Notes: a model not told the origin generated them from the sequence alone. A stretch of 64,000 nt of DNA from an uncultured Anaerococcus sp. (GCA_900551095.1 URUJ01000006.1:4925-68924); one strand, 5' to 3'. Counted from the stretch's first letter, positions 41,909 to 52,555 are shown. Numbers and translations are program-made.

Positions 41909-42427
41909 TTAAACATTTTCTCCGATGTTTATTTTTTTCATATGCTTTATAATGAAATTTGAAGAAAGACCTACAAAAAATCCACTAAAGGTGCCTACTA
42001 GGACTAGAGCAGGAAAATACGTGAACATTTTAATATTATCCATAATTATTGTAGATACTATAATCTGACCTAAGTTATGGGCGAAGGCTCCGATTTCGCT
42101 TACTCCAATAAAAGAAAACAAACGATCATGGTATCTTAAAGCGATATCCATCGCTATTGATGACAAAATAGCCCCTGCTGCTGAGTAGAAAAATGAAGTC
42201 ACAGCTCCAGTTATCAAAACAAGCATAAAACTTTTTAATAATGCAATAGTAAGACTTGCCTTAAAGCCATAAAAATAAAGACTTACTAGTATTATTATAT
42301 TTGAAAGTCCAAGTTTTGCACCTGGTATAGGTACAGGAACCGGAATTTGCAATTCAATAAGTGATATTATTAGGGCAAGGGCTACTAAAAGTGCCATATT
42401 GGTTAAATCTTTAATATTTTTCCCCAT
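41909..42427 (-). CDS. Gx transporter / heptaprenyl diphosphate synthase component I-like membrane protein
   Basis: IELQIP.P.PGAKLGLSN, GAFAHNLGQ. Confidence 0.85.
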   Translation of the reverse strand: MGKNIKDLTNMALLVALALIISLIELQIPVPVPIPGAKLGLSNIIILVSLYFYGFKASLTIALLKSFMLVLITGAVTSFFYSAAGAILSSIAMDIALRYHDRLFSFIGVSEIGAFAHNLGQIIVSTIIMDNIKMFTYFPALVLVGTFSGFFVGLSSNFIIKHMKKINIGENV

Positions 42428-42816
42428 TAGTTCACCACCTTATCTATCGCGTCTTCATCTTTTTTCTTATCTCCGTGACTTTCTAATTCCAGATACAACC
42501 TATGTGGTAGACAAATTATAGTCTGCCCTTCCTTTTCTATTGGATGCATATGGGTACAAATTTGATCTTGACAATCAGCTTTCTTAATATAGGCTTTTTT
42601 ATCTTTAATTACGATAGTATTGTAATGCCCACCGTAATTTACTGTATATTCTGTATCCTTATCCATCGGAAGTTTTTTAATAACTTTACCATCTTGTTCT
42701 ACTACCAACATGTCACCCTTGTAGTTTGAACTCGCTTTATAAATTGCAAAGTTTAGGCCAAAACTTAATACAATTAAGCCCACTATTACAATTATATCTC
42801 CTTTTTTTATTTTCAT
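42427..42816 (-). CDS. NusG domain II-containing protein (DUF1312-like)
   Basis: KKGDII + TM, ADCQDQIC...IICLPHRL. Confidence 0.85.
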   Translation of the reverse strand: MKIKKGDIIVIVGLIVLSFGLNFAIYKASSNYKGDMLVVEQDGKVIKKLPMDKDTEYTVNYGGHYNTIVIKDKKAYIKKADCQDQICTHMHPIEKEGQTIICLPHRLYLELESHGDKKKDEDAIDKVVN

Positions 42817-42887
42817 ACATACCTCTATATTCTATCAATATATTTTAATATTTAATCATGGATATATTATATGGTTTTTAGTCAATA

Positions 42888-42910
42888 AAAAAAGACCCCG
42901 AAGGGTCTTC
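42888..42910 (-). terminator. intrinsic terminator after rnf operon
   Basis: AAGACCC-TTCG-GGGTCTT hairpin followed by a T run on the minus strand. Confidence 0.75.
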
Positions 42911-42919
42911 CATGATATT

Positions 42920-43720
42920 TTATTCAAATATTGTTATACATTTGTTTGGACATTTTTCAGCAGCTGTTTTTAGTAGTTCTTCGTCTACTTCTTCTAAATT
43001 AACAGCTTTTGATAAGAAATTGTCCATTTCAAAAGCTTCTGGATAGGTTTTAGCACAAATTGTACAACCTATACAAGAATTCTTGCACTTACTTCTTGCG
43101 TCTTTGCCCTTATCATGAGATGAGCAAAGAACAGCTTGTTTTTGTTTATATGGTACAAGCTCGATAATATTTTTAGGACATACGTCCACACACTTGCCGC
43201 AGGCAACACATTTTGCTCTATCGACTTTTGCTACGCCATCAACTATATGAATTGCATCGAATGGACAAGCCTTTTCGCAAGTACCGCAACCTATACATCC
43301 GTAATCGCAAGCTTTTTTACCACCAAATAATGCTATTTGTGCCCTACAATCTTCAAGACCTTGGTATTTGTATTGGTCACTTGCAGCTTCACAAGTTCCA
43401 TTACAATTAACAAGGGCTACCTTTCTATCATCTGCACCTGTGGCTTCTACTCCCATAGCACTAGCTACTGCTGCTGTTACGCTTGCTCCACCTATGGCAC
43501 AGCCATTTACTGGAGCTTCACCTTTTGCGATTGCCTCTGCTAGACCATCACAACCAGGATAACCACAAGCACCACAGTTAGCGCCAGGAAGGGCATCTCT
43601 AACTGCTGCTTCTTTTACTGATTTTTCAACGTGGAATTTTTGTGAAATAAAGCCAAGAGCTATCGCAAAGATAAAGCCCATTATAGCAAGGATTGCTACC
43701 GGCAATAATAAATTTTGCAT
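42920..43720 (-). CDS. rnfB: Rnf complex subunit B
   Basis: LPGANCGACGYPGC and multiple ferredoxin CxxCxxCxxxCP motifs. Confidence 0.93.
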   Translation of the reverse strand: MQNLLLPVAILAIMGFIFAIALGFISQKFHVEKSVKEAAVRDALPGANCGACGYPGCDGLAEAIAKGEAPVNGCAIGGASVTAAVASAMGVEATGADDRKVALVNCNGTCEAASDQYKYQGLEDCRAQIALFGGKKACDYGCIGCGTCEKACPFDAIHIVDGVAKVDRAKCVACGKCVDVCPKNIIELVPYKQKQAVLCSSHDKGKDARSKCKNSCIGCTICAKTYPEAFEMDNFLSKAVNLEEVDEELLKTAAEKCPNKCITIFE

Positions 43721-43729
43721 TCTAACCTC

Positions 43730-44305
43730 CTATGCTAAACCTGCAAAGCCCATGAAGGCTATAGCCATTAGACCTAGGGTTATAAGAGAGATTGGTGCTC
43801 CCTTAAATGACTCAGGTATCTTGTTATATTCAATTTTTTCTCTTAAGTAAGCAAGTATCATAATTGCTATCATAAAACCAATTGATGCTGCAAAGGCATA
43901 AACTGTTGATTCTACAAGGTTATATGATAAATCAATTGCTTTTATAGCTACACCTAAAACAACGCAGTTTGTAGTAATAAGTGGAAGATAAACACCAAGG
44001 GCTCCATAAAGAGCTGGCATTGATTTTTTCATTACTGTTTCTACTGATTGTACTAGAGTCGCTATTACCAAGATAAAGACAACCGTCTGCAAGTATTGGA
44101 CATTAAAAACATCTAGTATGTAGTGTTGGATAAACCATGTTATTACTGTTGCAAGTACTATTACAAAGATTACCGCATAGCCCATTCCTCTTGCTGTTTC
44201 AACCTTACTTGTAACACCAAGGGTTGGACAGATACCTAAGAATTGTCCTAGTACGTAGTTTGATACAAATATAGTTGCTATTATAATTTTAAATAAGTCT
44301 GCCAT
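43730..44305 (-). CDS. rnfA: Rnf complex subunit A
   Basis: QFLGICP, YLPLITTNC. Confidence 0.94.
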   Translation of the reverse strand: MADLFKIIIATIFVSNYVLGQFLGICPTLGVTSKVETARGMGYAVIFVIVLATVITWFIQHYILDVFNVQYLQTVVFILVIATLVQSVETVMKKSMPALYGALGVYLPLITTNCVVLGVAIKAIDLSYNLVESTVYAFAASIGFMIAIMILAYLREKIEYNKIPESFKGAPISLITLGLMAIAFMGFAGLA

Positions 44306-44313
44306 AATAACTC

Positions 44314-44943
44314 CTAATCAACTTTCTTTTTTCTACTCATTATAGCATGGAAGGCTCCAAATATAAGACCTAAAACTATAAATGATGATGCTGGTTGTAG
44401 CATGAATCCTATAGTGTATTCTTCTGGAATTATTCCAATGCCAAAAAGTGTTCCAGATCCTAATAACTCTCTAAAGAAAGCTAGGATTGATATAGCTATG
44501 GTATAACCTAAACCTTGGCTTATACCATCTACGATTGATGGAATTGGTCCGTTTTGACTAGCAAAACCTTCAGCACGGGCAAGGATTATACAGTTTACTA
44601 CGATTAGTGGGATAAAGATACCCAAGCTCTTATCTAAAGCAGGTGCATAAGCTTTTATTAGCATTTGTACTATAGTTACGAATCCTGCTATTACTACGAT
44701 AAATGATGGGATTCTTATCTCATCTGATATAAAGTTACGAAGTAATGAAATAACTAGGTTACTCATTACAAGTACGAATGTTACAGATACACCCATACCA
44801 ACAGCATTTGTAAGTGATGAAGATATGGCTAAAACTGAACACATACCAACCATCTGTACTAGGACAGGGTTGTTTTTAAATATACCGTCGGTAAATATTT
44901 TGCCGTAATTTACCTTTGGTTTTTTATCTTTTTGTTTTTCCAT
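44314..44943 (-). CDS. rnfE: Rnf complex subunit E
   Basis: NNPVLVQMVGMCSVLA, IRIP, IPLIVVNCIILARAE. Confidence 0.94.
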   Translation of the reverse strand: MEKQKDKKPKVNYGKIFTDGIFKNNPVLVQMVGMCSVLAISSSLTNAVGMGVSVTFVLVMSNLVISLLRNFISDEIRIPSFIVVIAGFVTIVQMLIKAYAPALDKSLGIFIPLIVVNCIILARAEGFASQNGPIPSIVDGISQGLGYTIAISILAFFRELLGSGTLFGIGIIPEEYTIGFMLQPASSFIVLGLIFGAFHAIMSRKKKVD

Positions 44944-44951
44944 GATATCTC

Positions 44952-45482
44952 CTATTCTAAGCTAGAAAGCACTTCTCTGGCGTCGTTTATACCTCTAAGA
45001 ATAGTGGTAGTAGAAATTGTAGCACCTGATATGCCTACTATTTCGTTTTCTCCGCCGGCTTCACTTGCTTTTACTTCCTTATCCATATTTACTCCAACCA
45101 TTCCTTCTTTGAAGAAATCTTCTTCCATCTGTTGGCCAAAGCCTGCAGATTCTGAATGATTTAGTGGAGCAAATCCTGTAATATTGTGGTCTTTATCAAC
45201 ACCTATTAGAAATTCAATATCGCCACCATATCCACCTGGAGATAGGATTTGGAATACGTAACCATCATCTGCTTTGTATACAGCTTCTACAGTGTCAGGT
45301 TTTTCTACATCAACTTCTTCATAATTATCTGCTTCGTATACAACTGATAAAGCTTGTTTTAATTCCTCTTGTTGACGAGCTTCGATTATTGGTTGAGTCT
45401 TGCTGTTTGTAAAGGCAAGGGCTAGGGCTGTCACTGAGGTTATAAGAAGTAATTTAAAACCTAATTTTAAACTATTATTCAT
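44952..45482 (-). CDS. rnfG: Rnf complex subunit G
   Basis: GYGGDI, ESAGFG, ISGATIST FMN-binding motif. Confidence 0.92.
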   Translation of the reverse strand: MNNSLKLGFKLLLITSVTALALAFTNSKTQPIIEARQQEELKQALSVVYEADNYEEVDVEKPDTVEAVYKADDGYVFQILSPGGYGGDIEFLIGVDKDHNITGFAPLNHSESAGFGQQMEEDFFKEGMVGVNMDKEVKASEAGGENEIVGISGATISTTTILRGINDAREVLSSLE

Positions 45483-46455
45483 TTTTCGCTCCTTTTTTTA
45501 CCTTGGCCTTACCAAAGATTCTATCTCTAGTGTGTTGTTCAATAACTGGAACTAAGAGGTTCATTAATAAGATTGAATAAGATACGCCTTCTGGATATCC
45601 ACCCCAAAGTCTTATTACTGCAGTTATAAATCCACAGCCAAATCCAAACACAATTTGTCCTTTTGGTGTAATTGGTGCAGTTGTATAGTCTGTTGCCATA
45701 AAGAATGCACCAAGAATTAGACCGCCTGATAGGATGTTTTTAATTATGTAATCCATATCTACTTTTTCGCCAAATATTGCAAGCATTACAGTAGTTGTCA
45801 AGATAAATACTAAAGGAATTCTTATGTGAATTACTTTTCTAACAAGTAGGTAGCAAGCTCCGATTAATAAAGCTAGTGCACTTATTTCACCAAGACATCC
45901 TGGTACATGACCTATAAATAAGTCCATAATTGTGTAAGCTTTTGGATCAGATAATGGTGTTGCTGCACTTACCATTGATACATCACTAACTGTTTTTAGT
46001 GTGGCTACTCTTTCTGTTGGGACAAAATTTGTCATTGTGCTTGTCCATGATGCCATCAAAAATGCTCTTGCTGCAAGAGCTGGGTTTACGATATTTTGTC
46101 CTATTCCACCATAAAGCATCTTACAGATTACGATAGCAAATACTGCACCAATCACAAGTTGCCATACTGGAAGTGTAAATGGTACGTTATAGGCAAGTAA
46201 GATACCTGTTACAACTGCTGATAAATCCTTGATTGTATTATCTTTTTTTATACATTTATTAAATACAGTTTCAGCTAAAACACATGTTATTACAGATGCC
46301 AAGATAAGAACTAAAGCTCTATAACCAAAGTAGTATACAGATACAGCCCCTGCTGGTAATAGTGCGATGATGACATCGAGCATGTCATTTTTGACTGTTC
46401 TCTTACTTCTTATATGTGGAGAAGCTGTTACTAATAATTGTTTATTATTTTCCAT
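45475..46455 (-). CDS. rnfD: Rnf complex subunit D
   Basis: SPHI, GGIGQNIVNPA, SAATPL, GCLGE, FFMATD, YPEGVSY. Confidence 0.94.
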   Translation of the reverse strand: MENNKQLLVTASPHIRSKRTVKNDMLDVIIALLPAGAVSVYYFGYRALVLILASVITCVLAETVFNKCIKKDNTIKDLSAVVTGILLAYNVPFTLPVWQLVIGAVFAIVICKMLYGGIGQNIVNPALAARAFLMASWTSTMTNFVPTERVATLKTVSDVSMVSAATPLSDPKAYTIMDLFIGHVPGCLGEISALALLIGACYLLVRKVIHIRIPLVFILTTTVMLAIFGEKVDMDYIIKNILSGGLILGAFFMATDYTTAPITPKGQIVFGFGCGFITAVIRLWGGYPEGVSYSILLMNLLVPVIEQHTRDRIFGKAKVKKGAKNE

Positions 46456-46463
46456 ATTTCCCC

Positions 46464-47792
46464 CTATTTTCCTGCCTGTCTTATTTGTCTCTTAGCAAAC
46501 TTGATAGCTTCAACTAGTGGTCTTCTAGCTGGACAAACAAATGAGCAAGATCCACACTCAATACAATCTAGTGCACCTTCTTCATCTGCCTTTTCAAACC
46601 TGCCATCTAGTGCGTGTTTATGAATATAGTTTGGTAGTAAGAATACTGGACATACGCTTACACATCTACCACATCTGATACATGGTGATGGATCTTCTAT
46701 AAGAGCATCTTCACTATCAAATACTAAGATACAATTTGTAGCTTTTTCTACTGGTTTTGTTAGGTCAGGTTGAGCAATACCACACATTGGTCCGCCATTT
46801 ATAACCTTGGCAATTTCTTCTGCTCCACCAGCTTCTTCGATTAAGTCGTTAAAACTTGTTCCAATTCTTACAACCATGTTTTGTGGGTTTTTAACAGTCT
46901 TACCTGTTACTGTAAGAATTCTTTCGTAGAGAGGTTTTCCCATGTATAGAGCTTCATAAATAGCGTTTACTGTAGAAACGTTAGATACAACAGCGCCCAC
47001 ATCCATTGGTAGACCACCTGATGGAACTTCTCTTTTAAGTATTGCGTTTATTAATCTTTTTTCATCACCTTGTGGGTATTTTGTTTCAAGGCTTATTACT
47101 TTAATATTTGCATCAAAATTATTTGTCTTAGCAAACTCTTCTAAAGCTTCTGTCATTGTTTTATAAGCTTCTGGCTTATTATTTTCTATAGCTATTACAC
47201 CGTCTTTAGCATTTACTGCTTTTAGTATTTGGATGAGTCCTTTTATAATATGTAAAGGATAATTTTTCATTATGTAATCATCACAAGTTATGTATGGTTC
47301 ACATTCTGCACCATTTACTATTACAGTATCAACTGGTTTATTTGGTGAATATTTTATGTGGGCTGGGAAAGCCGCACCACCCATACCAACTATTCCAGCT
47401 TCTTTAACCTTAGCTACAATTTCTTCTGGGCTTAAGTTTACGTTTTCAACCTCAGTATATTCGACATTTTGGTCGAAGCCCTCTGTATCGATAACTACTG
47501 CCTTAGCATTCTTGCCTGATGCAGTTTGAATATCAATAACATCTGTCACTACTCCTGCTACTGAGGAGTGGATATTTGCTGAGAAGTTACCTACTGCAGA
47601 ACCTATTAAATCTCCTACAGCAACTTCGTCTTTTTTCTTAACATTACATTTGCTTGGCGCACCAATGTGTTGGGTGAGTGGAATAGTTACAAGCTTTGGA
47701 ATATTTGCAATATGAAGACTGCTGTTTTCTGAAAGCTCTTTGTATTCTTCCATCTTAACACCATGGGCAAATGTCACAGTATTAGCTGCCAT
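46464..47792 (-). CDS. rnfC: Rnf complex subunit C
   Basis: QHIGAP, GIVGMGGAAFP, NGAECEPY, CIRCGRCVSVCP, CIECGSCSFVCP. Confidence 0.95.
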   Translation of the reverse strand: MAANTVTFAHGVKMEEYKELSENSSLHIANIPKLVTIPLTQHIGAPSKCNVKKKDEVAVGDLIGSAVGNFSANIHSSVAGVVTDVIDIQTASGKNAKAVVIDTEGFDQNVEYTEVENVNLSPEEIVAKVKEAGIVGMGGAAFPAHIKYSPNKPVDTVIVNGAECEPYITCDDYIMKNYPLHIIKGLIQILKAVNAKDGVIAIENNKPEAYKTMTEALEEFAKTNNFDANIKVISLETKYPQGDEKRLINAILKREVPSGGLPMDVGAVVSNVSTVNAIYEALYMGKPLYERILTVTGKTVKNPQNMVVRIGTSFNDLIEEAGGAEEIAKVINGGPMCGIAQPDLTKPVEKATNCILVFDSEDALIEDPSPCIRCGRCVSVCPVFLLPNYIHKHALDGRFEKADEEGALDCIECGSCSFVCPARRPLVEAIKFAKRQIRQAGK

Positions 47793-47865
47793 AAATATCT
47801 CCTTCTTTAAAAAATTTCTTCCCGATACTTCTATTATAAATTATATCGGGAAATTTCTCAATGGT

Positions 47866-48522
47866 TTATTTAAGATTTGCTAAAATATCTTCAATAAATA
47901 CCATAAAGTTATCAAAGGCCAATTGTTTTAAATCAGCCATTCTCTTTTCACTAGGCAAACCGTTTTTACAAAATTTCTTATAAACATCATAATTTGCGTC
48001 AATTTTTGTTACGTATTGCCTAGTTTCCTCAAATGGAATATTTTGAGTATTTGGATCAACAGGATCAATTAACCCCTCATCTATCCATTTGTCGACATTG
48101 CCAACACCGCCATTATAGGCTGCTAGGGCTAAGTCTCTATTATTATAATACCTATAAAGGTAGTCATAATAGGCTATTCCTAAATCAAGGTTATATTCAA
48201 CATCAGATAATTTATCTGGGTAGAATTCCTTATTAGTCAAGTCTGCTGCATGGCTTGCTGTTTCATCAAGAAGTTGCATTAGACCTTGGGCACCTTGGTC
48301 ACTTTTTGCATCTTTATTGTAGTCTGATTCAACTTTGATAATTGACGCTGTGAGCAAGGGATCTACGTTATACTTTTCTGAATATTCGTATATCTCTTCT
48401 TGGTAATTTATCTTGCTTCTAGATGTTTGATAGGCTATAGATAGATAGCATACCACAAACAAGATTAAAATTGCTAAAAGGATAAAACCTATTAGTTTTC
48501 CAATCCACTTAATTACTTTCAT
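47866..48522 (-). CDS. lytic transglycosylase (SLT domain)
   Basis: IKVES, GAQGLMQL, ALAAYNGG, ETRQYV. Confidence 0.92.
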   Translation of the reverse strand: MKVIKWIGKLIGFILLAILILFVVCYLSIAYQTSRSKINYQEEIYEYSEKYNVDPLLTASIIKVESDYNKDAKSDQGAQGLMQLLDETASHAADLTNKEFYPDKLSDVEYNLDLGIAYYDYLYRYYNNRDLALAAYNGGVGNVDKWIDEGLIDPVDPNTQNIPFEETRQYVTKIDANYDVYKKFCKNGLPSEKRMADLKQLAFDNFMVFIEDILANLK

Positions 48523-49111
48523 AAATGTTCTCCATTCTTAGGATTTTTTCTATTTTCTCTTTTAAATCTTCAAGGCTAGAATTATTTTCTATTATAATTT
48601 CTTTGGTATCTCTAGGCCCCATCAAAGATTCTTGATTTCTTATTTTGGATTCAGCATAAAATTTACCAATCTCATCTCGTTTCGCAAGTCTTTCTGCCTG
48701 AATTTCCTTATCAGCTTCTACAAACAAAACCAAATCAGCAGGAAATTTTACATCCATTTGGTAAAATAAAGGAATTTCGATAAAAACATTTTTATCATGA
48801 GAACTTTCTACTTCCCTTTCAATCTCTCTTACAATTATTGGATGGGTTATAGAATTTAACCTTTTCATCAAATCGGGTGCAGAAAATATCATCCTCGCAA
48901 GATGTTTTTTGTCAAGGATATTTCCATCAAAAGCTTTCCTAAAAAAAGGATCAGCTTTAATGGCTTCGTAATTTTCCCCACCTTCTTCTAAAAGTTTCTT
49001 GTTGACTTCATCAGCATTTATTACCTTAAATCCTAATTTTTTTATTATATCGCTTACTGCTGACTTTCCAGAACCAATTGTGCCGGTAATAACAATTTTA
49101 TTTGGACTCAT
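48509..49111 (-). CDS. coaE: dephospho-CoA kinase
   Basis: ITGTIGSGKS, LNSITHP, EIPL; downstream of polA. Confidence 0.92.
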   Translation of the reverse strand: MSPNKIVITGTIGSGKSAVSDIIKKLGFKVINADEVNKKLLEEGGENYEAIKADPFFRKAFDGNILDKKHLARMIFSAPDLMKRLNSITHPIIVREIEREVESSHDKNVFIEIPLFYQMDVKFPADLVLFVEADKEIQAERLAKRDEIGKFYAESKIRNQESLMGPRDTKEIIIENNSSLEDLKEKIEKILRMENIYESN

Positions 49112-51731
49112 ACATACTTTCTCCAAAACCAATATCTACTAACAAGTCTACCTTGAGATTTGCTGCATTTTCCATACATTCTTTGAGGATTTCTTTCGCT
49201 TTTTCTTTATCCTTTTCGCTTGATTCTATGATTATTTCATCGTGAATCTGGAGGATTATATTTGCGTCAAGGCATGCTTGTTTAAGTTTGTTATAGGTAT
49301 CTATCATCGCTATTTTTATTATATCAGCTGCTGTACCTTGGATTGGTGTATTTAATGCCACCCTTTCCCCAAAACTTCTCACGTTGAAGTTTCTTGAAGA
49401 TATTTCTGGTATATACCTACGCCTTTTAAATAAAGTCTCTATATAGCCTTGTTTTTTTGCAAGTTTTACTACCTCATCCATATATTCCTTAATTTGTGGG
49501 TAAGATTTTTTATATTTATCTATATATTCTTTTGCCCTTTTCCTTGGAATATTAAGATTCTGTGACAGGCCGTAGTCACTTATACCATATATTATACCAA
49601 AATTTACCGCCTTGGCTTCTGATCTTTGAAGTTTTGTAACTTCTTCTAATGGTGTATGGAAAACCTCAGATGCAGTTTGGCTGTGGATATCAATCCCATT
49701 GTTAAAAGCGTCCTGCATATTTTTATCATCTGAAAGACTTGCTAAGATTCTAAGTTCAATTTGTGAATAATCGGCATCTATTAAAACCTTGCCTTTATCT
49801 GCCTTAAAAGCCTTTCTGATTGCCCTTCCCTCGTCAGTTTTAATTGGCAAATTTTGAAGGTTTGGCTCTTGGCTTGATAGTCTACCAGTTGATGCTATAT
49901 TTTGCCTGAAGGTTGACCTGATTCTGCCGTCTTCATCAATAGAATTTTCAAGCCCTTCTATATAAGTAGAACGAAGTTTGTAGACTTCCCTATATCTTTC
50001 AATTTTTTCTATGATTGGATGTTTATCTCTTAATTTATCAAGAACTTTTGCATCTGTTGAAAAACCAGTTTTAGTTTTCTTTATAACAGGAAGTTCTAAA
50101 TCCTTAAACAAAACCTCTCCTAATTGCTTAGGAGAATTTATATTAAATTCACTACCAGCAAGGTCGTAAATTTCCTCAGTAATTTCAGCTATTTGCTTAT
50201 CAAGGTCAGCTTTTAATTCCTCTAAAATTTCCTTATCAGTGCCAAAACCAAGTATTTCCATAGAAGCTAAAACTTTTGCAAGTTTTTTCTCAATATTTTC
50301 ATAAAGATCAACCATTTTATATTCATAAAGATTTTTAAGTACCTTATCTTTAGCGTCTTCTATAGCATTTACCTTACTTGCCAAAAGTTTTGCAAGATCA
50401 TCTTGGTTAACATCTTTATATTTTTTAGTCCTTGCTCCTTTTCCAATTAATACCTCGTCACTATCAAGTTCATAGGTCAAATAGGACTGGCTTAGGAGTT
50501 TAAAATCATAAGAAGATCTAGACGGGTCGATTAAATAATGCATAAGCATTATATCATCATAAGCTCCACCCAAATCAATCCCAAGCTTATCCAAAAGGAC
50601 AATTTCCTCTTTGATGTCAAAGGAAACCTTGTTTATCTCTTCATTCTCAAAAATCTCTTTTAAATCCTTTATTTTCTGAGACTCAACTATAAAAGTATCA
50701 GTATCCTTAGTCTTTATTCCAAGACGGTAAATTTCTGAATGTATATAATTTTCCCCATCGTAAAGTGATTTGAAGAATATTTCCTTAGTCTTCTTAGCTG
50801 ATTTAATTAATTCCTCTAAAGCATCCGTTTCCTTATAAGAAAAGTCTTTGACTTCGGTTTCTGAAACGCTGCCATCAAGCTCTTCCAAAAATTTATTGAA
50901 ATTAAGTTTAGAAAATTTCTCCCTAAGTCCATCAATATCAACTTCACCGAGAGCAAGTTCATCATAATCAAACTCTACTGGTGCATGGGTTACAATTGTA
51001 CCGATTTTCTTGGACATATAGGCAACAGCCTCATTATTCTCAAGATTTTCCTTAGTCTTCTTTCCAGAAATCTCATCAAGATTATCATAAAGATTTTCAA
51101 TAGAGCCATATCTTCTAATAAAATCTAATGCACGTTTTTCACCAATCCCATCAACACCAGGAATATTATCCGACTTATCTCCCATAAGCCCCTTAACATC
51201 TATAAGCTGCTTAGGAGTAATGCCGTATTCTTCTTTAATCTTATCGACAGTATACTCTACAGTATCTGAAACACCTTTTTTAGTAAGGTAAACCAAAATA
51301 TCATCATCAACAAGTTGGAGGTAATCCCTATCGCCTGTGATAAGCACGGCTTCATCCCCCGCTTCTTTTGCCATCCTGGCATAAGTACCGACTATATCAT
51401 CCGCCTCAAAACCATCAAGATCAGTGTATTTGACCCCCATAGAATCAAGGACATCCTTTAAAATACCAAACTGATAAGAAAGCTCATTTGGAGTCTTATC
51501 CCTATTAGCCTTATAATCAGCATATTCCTCATTTCTAAAAGTCTTAGAAGACCTATCAAAAGCCACCAGGACAAAGTCTGGTTTATATCTATCAAAAGCG
51601 TTATTATACATGGTCAAAAAGCCATAAACGCCATTAGTCATAACTCCGTCATTGTTGGATAAATTTGGTAAAGCAAAAAAAGCCCTATAGATCAAACTCG
51701 ACCCATCAATTAACATAACAGTTTTCTTCAT
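49098..51731 (-). CDS. polA: DNA polymerase I
   Basis: IDGSSLIYRAFFA, GDKSDNIPGV, TGRLSS, DYSQIELR, KAVNFGIIYG, QIHDE. Confidence 0.97.
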   Translation of the reverse strand: MKKTVMLIDGSSLIYRAFFALPNLSNNDGVMTNGVYGFLTMYNNAFDRYKPDFVLVAFDRSSKTFRNEEYADYKANRDKTPNELSYQFGILKDVLDSMGVKYTDLDGFEADDIVGTYARMAKEAGDEAVLITGDRDYLQLVDDDILVYLTKKGVSDTVEYTVDKIKEEYGITPKQLIDVKGLMGDKSDNIPGVDGIGEKRALDFIRRYGSIENLYDNLDEISGKKTKENLENNEAVAYMSKKIGTIVTHAPVEFDYDELALGEVDIDGLREKFSKLNFNKFLEELDGSVSETEVKDFSYKETDALEELIKSAKKTKEIFFKSLYDGENYIHSEIYRLGIKTKDTDTFIVESQKIKDLKEIFENEEINKVSFDIKEEIVLLDKLGIDLGGAYDDIMLMHYLIDPSRSSYDFKLLSQSYLTYELDSDEVLIGKGARTKKYKDVNQDDLAKLLASKVNAIEDAKDKVLKNLYEYKMVDLYENIEKKLAKVLASMEILGFGTDKEILEELKADLDKQIAEITEEIYDLAGSEFNINSPKQLGEVLFKDLELPVIKKTKTGFSTDAKVLDKLRDKHPIIEKIERYREVYKLRSTYIEGLENSIDEDGRIRSTFRQNIASTGRLSSQEPNLQNLPIKTDEGRAIRKAFKADKGKVLIDADYSQIELRILASLSDDKNMQDAFNNGIDIHSQTASEVFHTPLEEVTKLQRSEAKAVNFGIIYGISDYGLSQNLNIPRKRAKEYIDKYKKSYPQIKEYMDEVVKLAKKQGYIETLFKRRRYIPEISSRNFNVRSFGERVALNTPIQGTAADIIKIAMIDTYNKLKQACLDANIILQIHDEIIIESSEKDKEKAKEILKECMENAANLKVDLLVDIGFGESMYESK

Positions 51732-51852
51732 TATATCTCCTTAACTATAAAAATAGTTTTAAAATCCATTCCTACCTTATAGTATAACTTATATTGGAAA
51801 ATTTTTAAAGAAAAAAGGAAACATATTTCAATGCTTCCATAAAAAATATTTA

Positions 51853-52071
51853 TTAATCTTTGAACTTTTTCTTTATCTTGTCAATATTGTGAATATCTAC
51901 CCATTCTTCAGAATATCCACAATTAGTGCAAAGATACCTATCAACAGGAACCGCGGACGTTATAGTCATGCCAACCATAATATTATTGCCAGATCCATAA
52001 GCTCCAGCGTGGCCAGGCACTTTTATAATGTCACTAGAACCGCATTTTGGACACATATTTGTATTTTTCAT
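51853..52071 (-). CDS. small zinc-ribbon protein
   Basis: CPKCG...CTNCGYSE, 72 aa, RBS AGGAGG. Confidence 0.75.
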   Translation of the reverse strand: MKNTNMCPKCGSSDIIKVPGHAGAYGSGNNIMVGMTITSAVPVDRYLCTNCGYSEEWVDIHNIDKIKKKFKD

Positions 52072-52174
52072 AAATTCCTCCTAATAACAAGATACTGGAA
52101 TGTATTATTCTTTCAAATTATTAGAAAAAGTGAAAAATATTGGAAATATATAACACGGGTAGTATAATGATACT

Positions 52175-52240
52175 GAGTAAAAGGAAATCAGATTCATACG
52201 AATCACTAAAAAAAGACGAGGGCCAACTCGTCTTTTTTTA
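52175..52240 (+). ncRNA. putative type I antitoxin RNA (RNAII-like)
   Basis: TTGGAA-17nt-TATAAT promoter (52140-52168). Contains AAAAGGAAATCAG..ATTCATAC, a direct repeat of the toxin start region. Ends at a bidirectional terminator. Confidence 0.7.
52208..52240. terminator. bidirectional intrinsic terminator
   Basis: AAAAAAAGACGAG-GGCCAA-CTCGTCTTTTTTT. Confidence 0.85.
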
Positions 52241-52246
52241 TTTGGG

Positions 52247-52345
52247 CTAGTTATCACTATTATTAAATCCGTCTAACCACTTGATGAGATAATGAGTAGT
52301 TATGCCAACCGCAACGGATACAAAAAAGGAAATCAGTATATCCAT
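52247..52345 (-). CDS. Fst/Ldr-like type I toxin peptide (32 aa)
   Basis: RBS AGGAGGTGG then MDILISFFVSVAVGITTHYLIKWLDGFNNSDN*; hydrophobic helix plus KWLD. Confidence 0.8.
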   Translation of the reverse strand: MDILISFFVSVAVGITTHYLIKWLDGFNNSDN

Positions 52346-52430
52346 ACAAACCACCTCCTAACTGTTATCAGTATAGGTGTGATAACATATTTATTATATC
52401 ATATTAGAATTTTTTTAAATTTAAAATCGA

Positions 52431-52555
52431 GGTATTAAAGCAAACTTAACCAGCTACTAAAGTCTCCTTTAAGAGGGTATTAAACTATACTTTAAGCAGG
52501 GTATTAAACGAGGCTTTATAGATAATAATATAAATATGAATAATATAAAGGTAAT
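52431..52555 (+). repeat. four iteron-like 22-24 bp repeats followed by an AT-rich tract (relic of a phage rep origin)
   Basis: GGTATTAAA/GCTACTAAA at 52431, 52453, 52476, 52500, then ATAATAATATAAATATGAATAATATAA. Confidence 0.5.
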
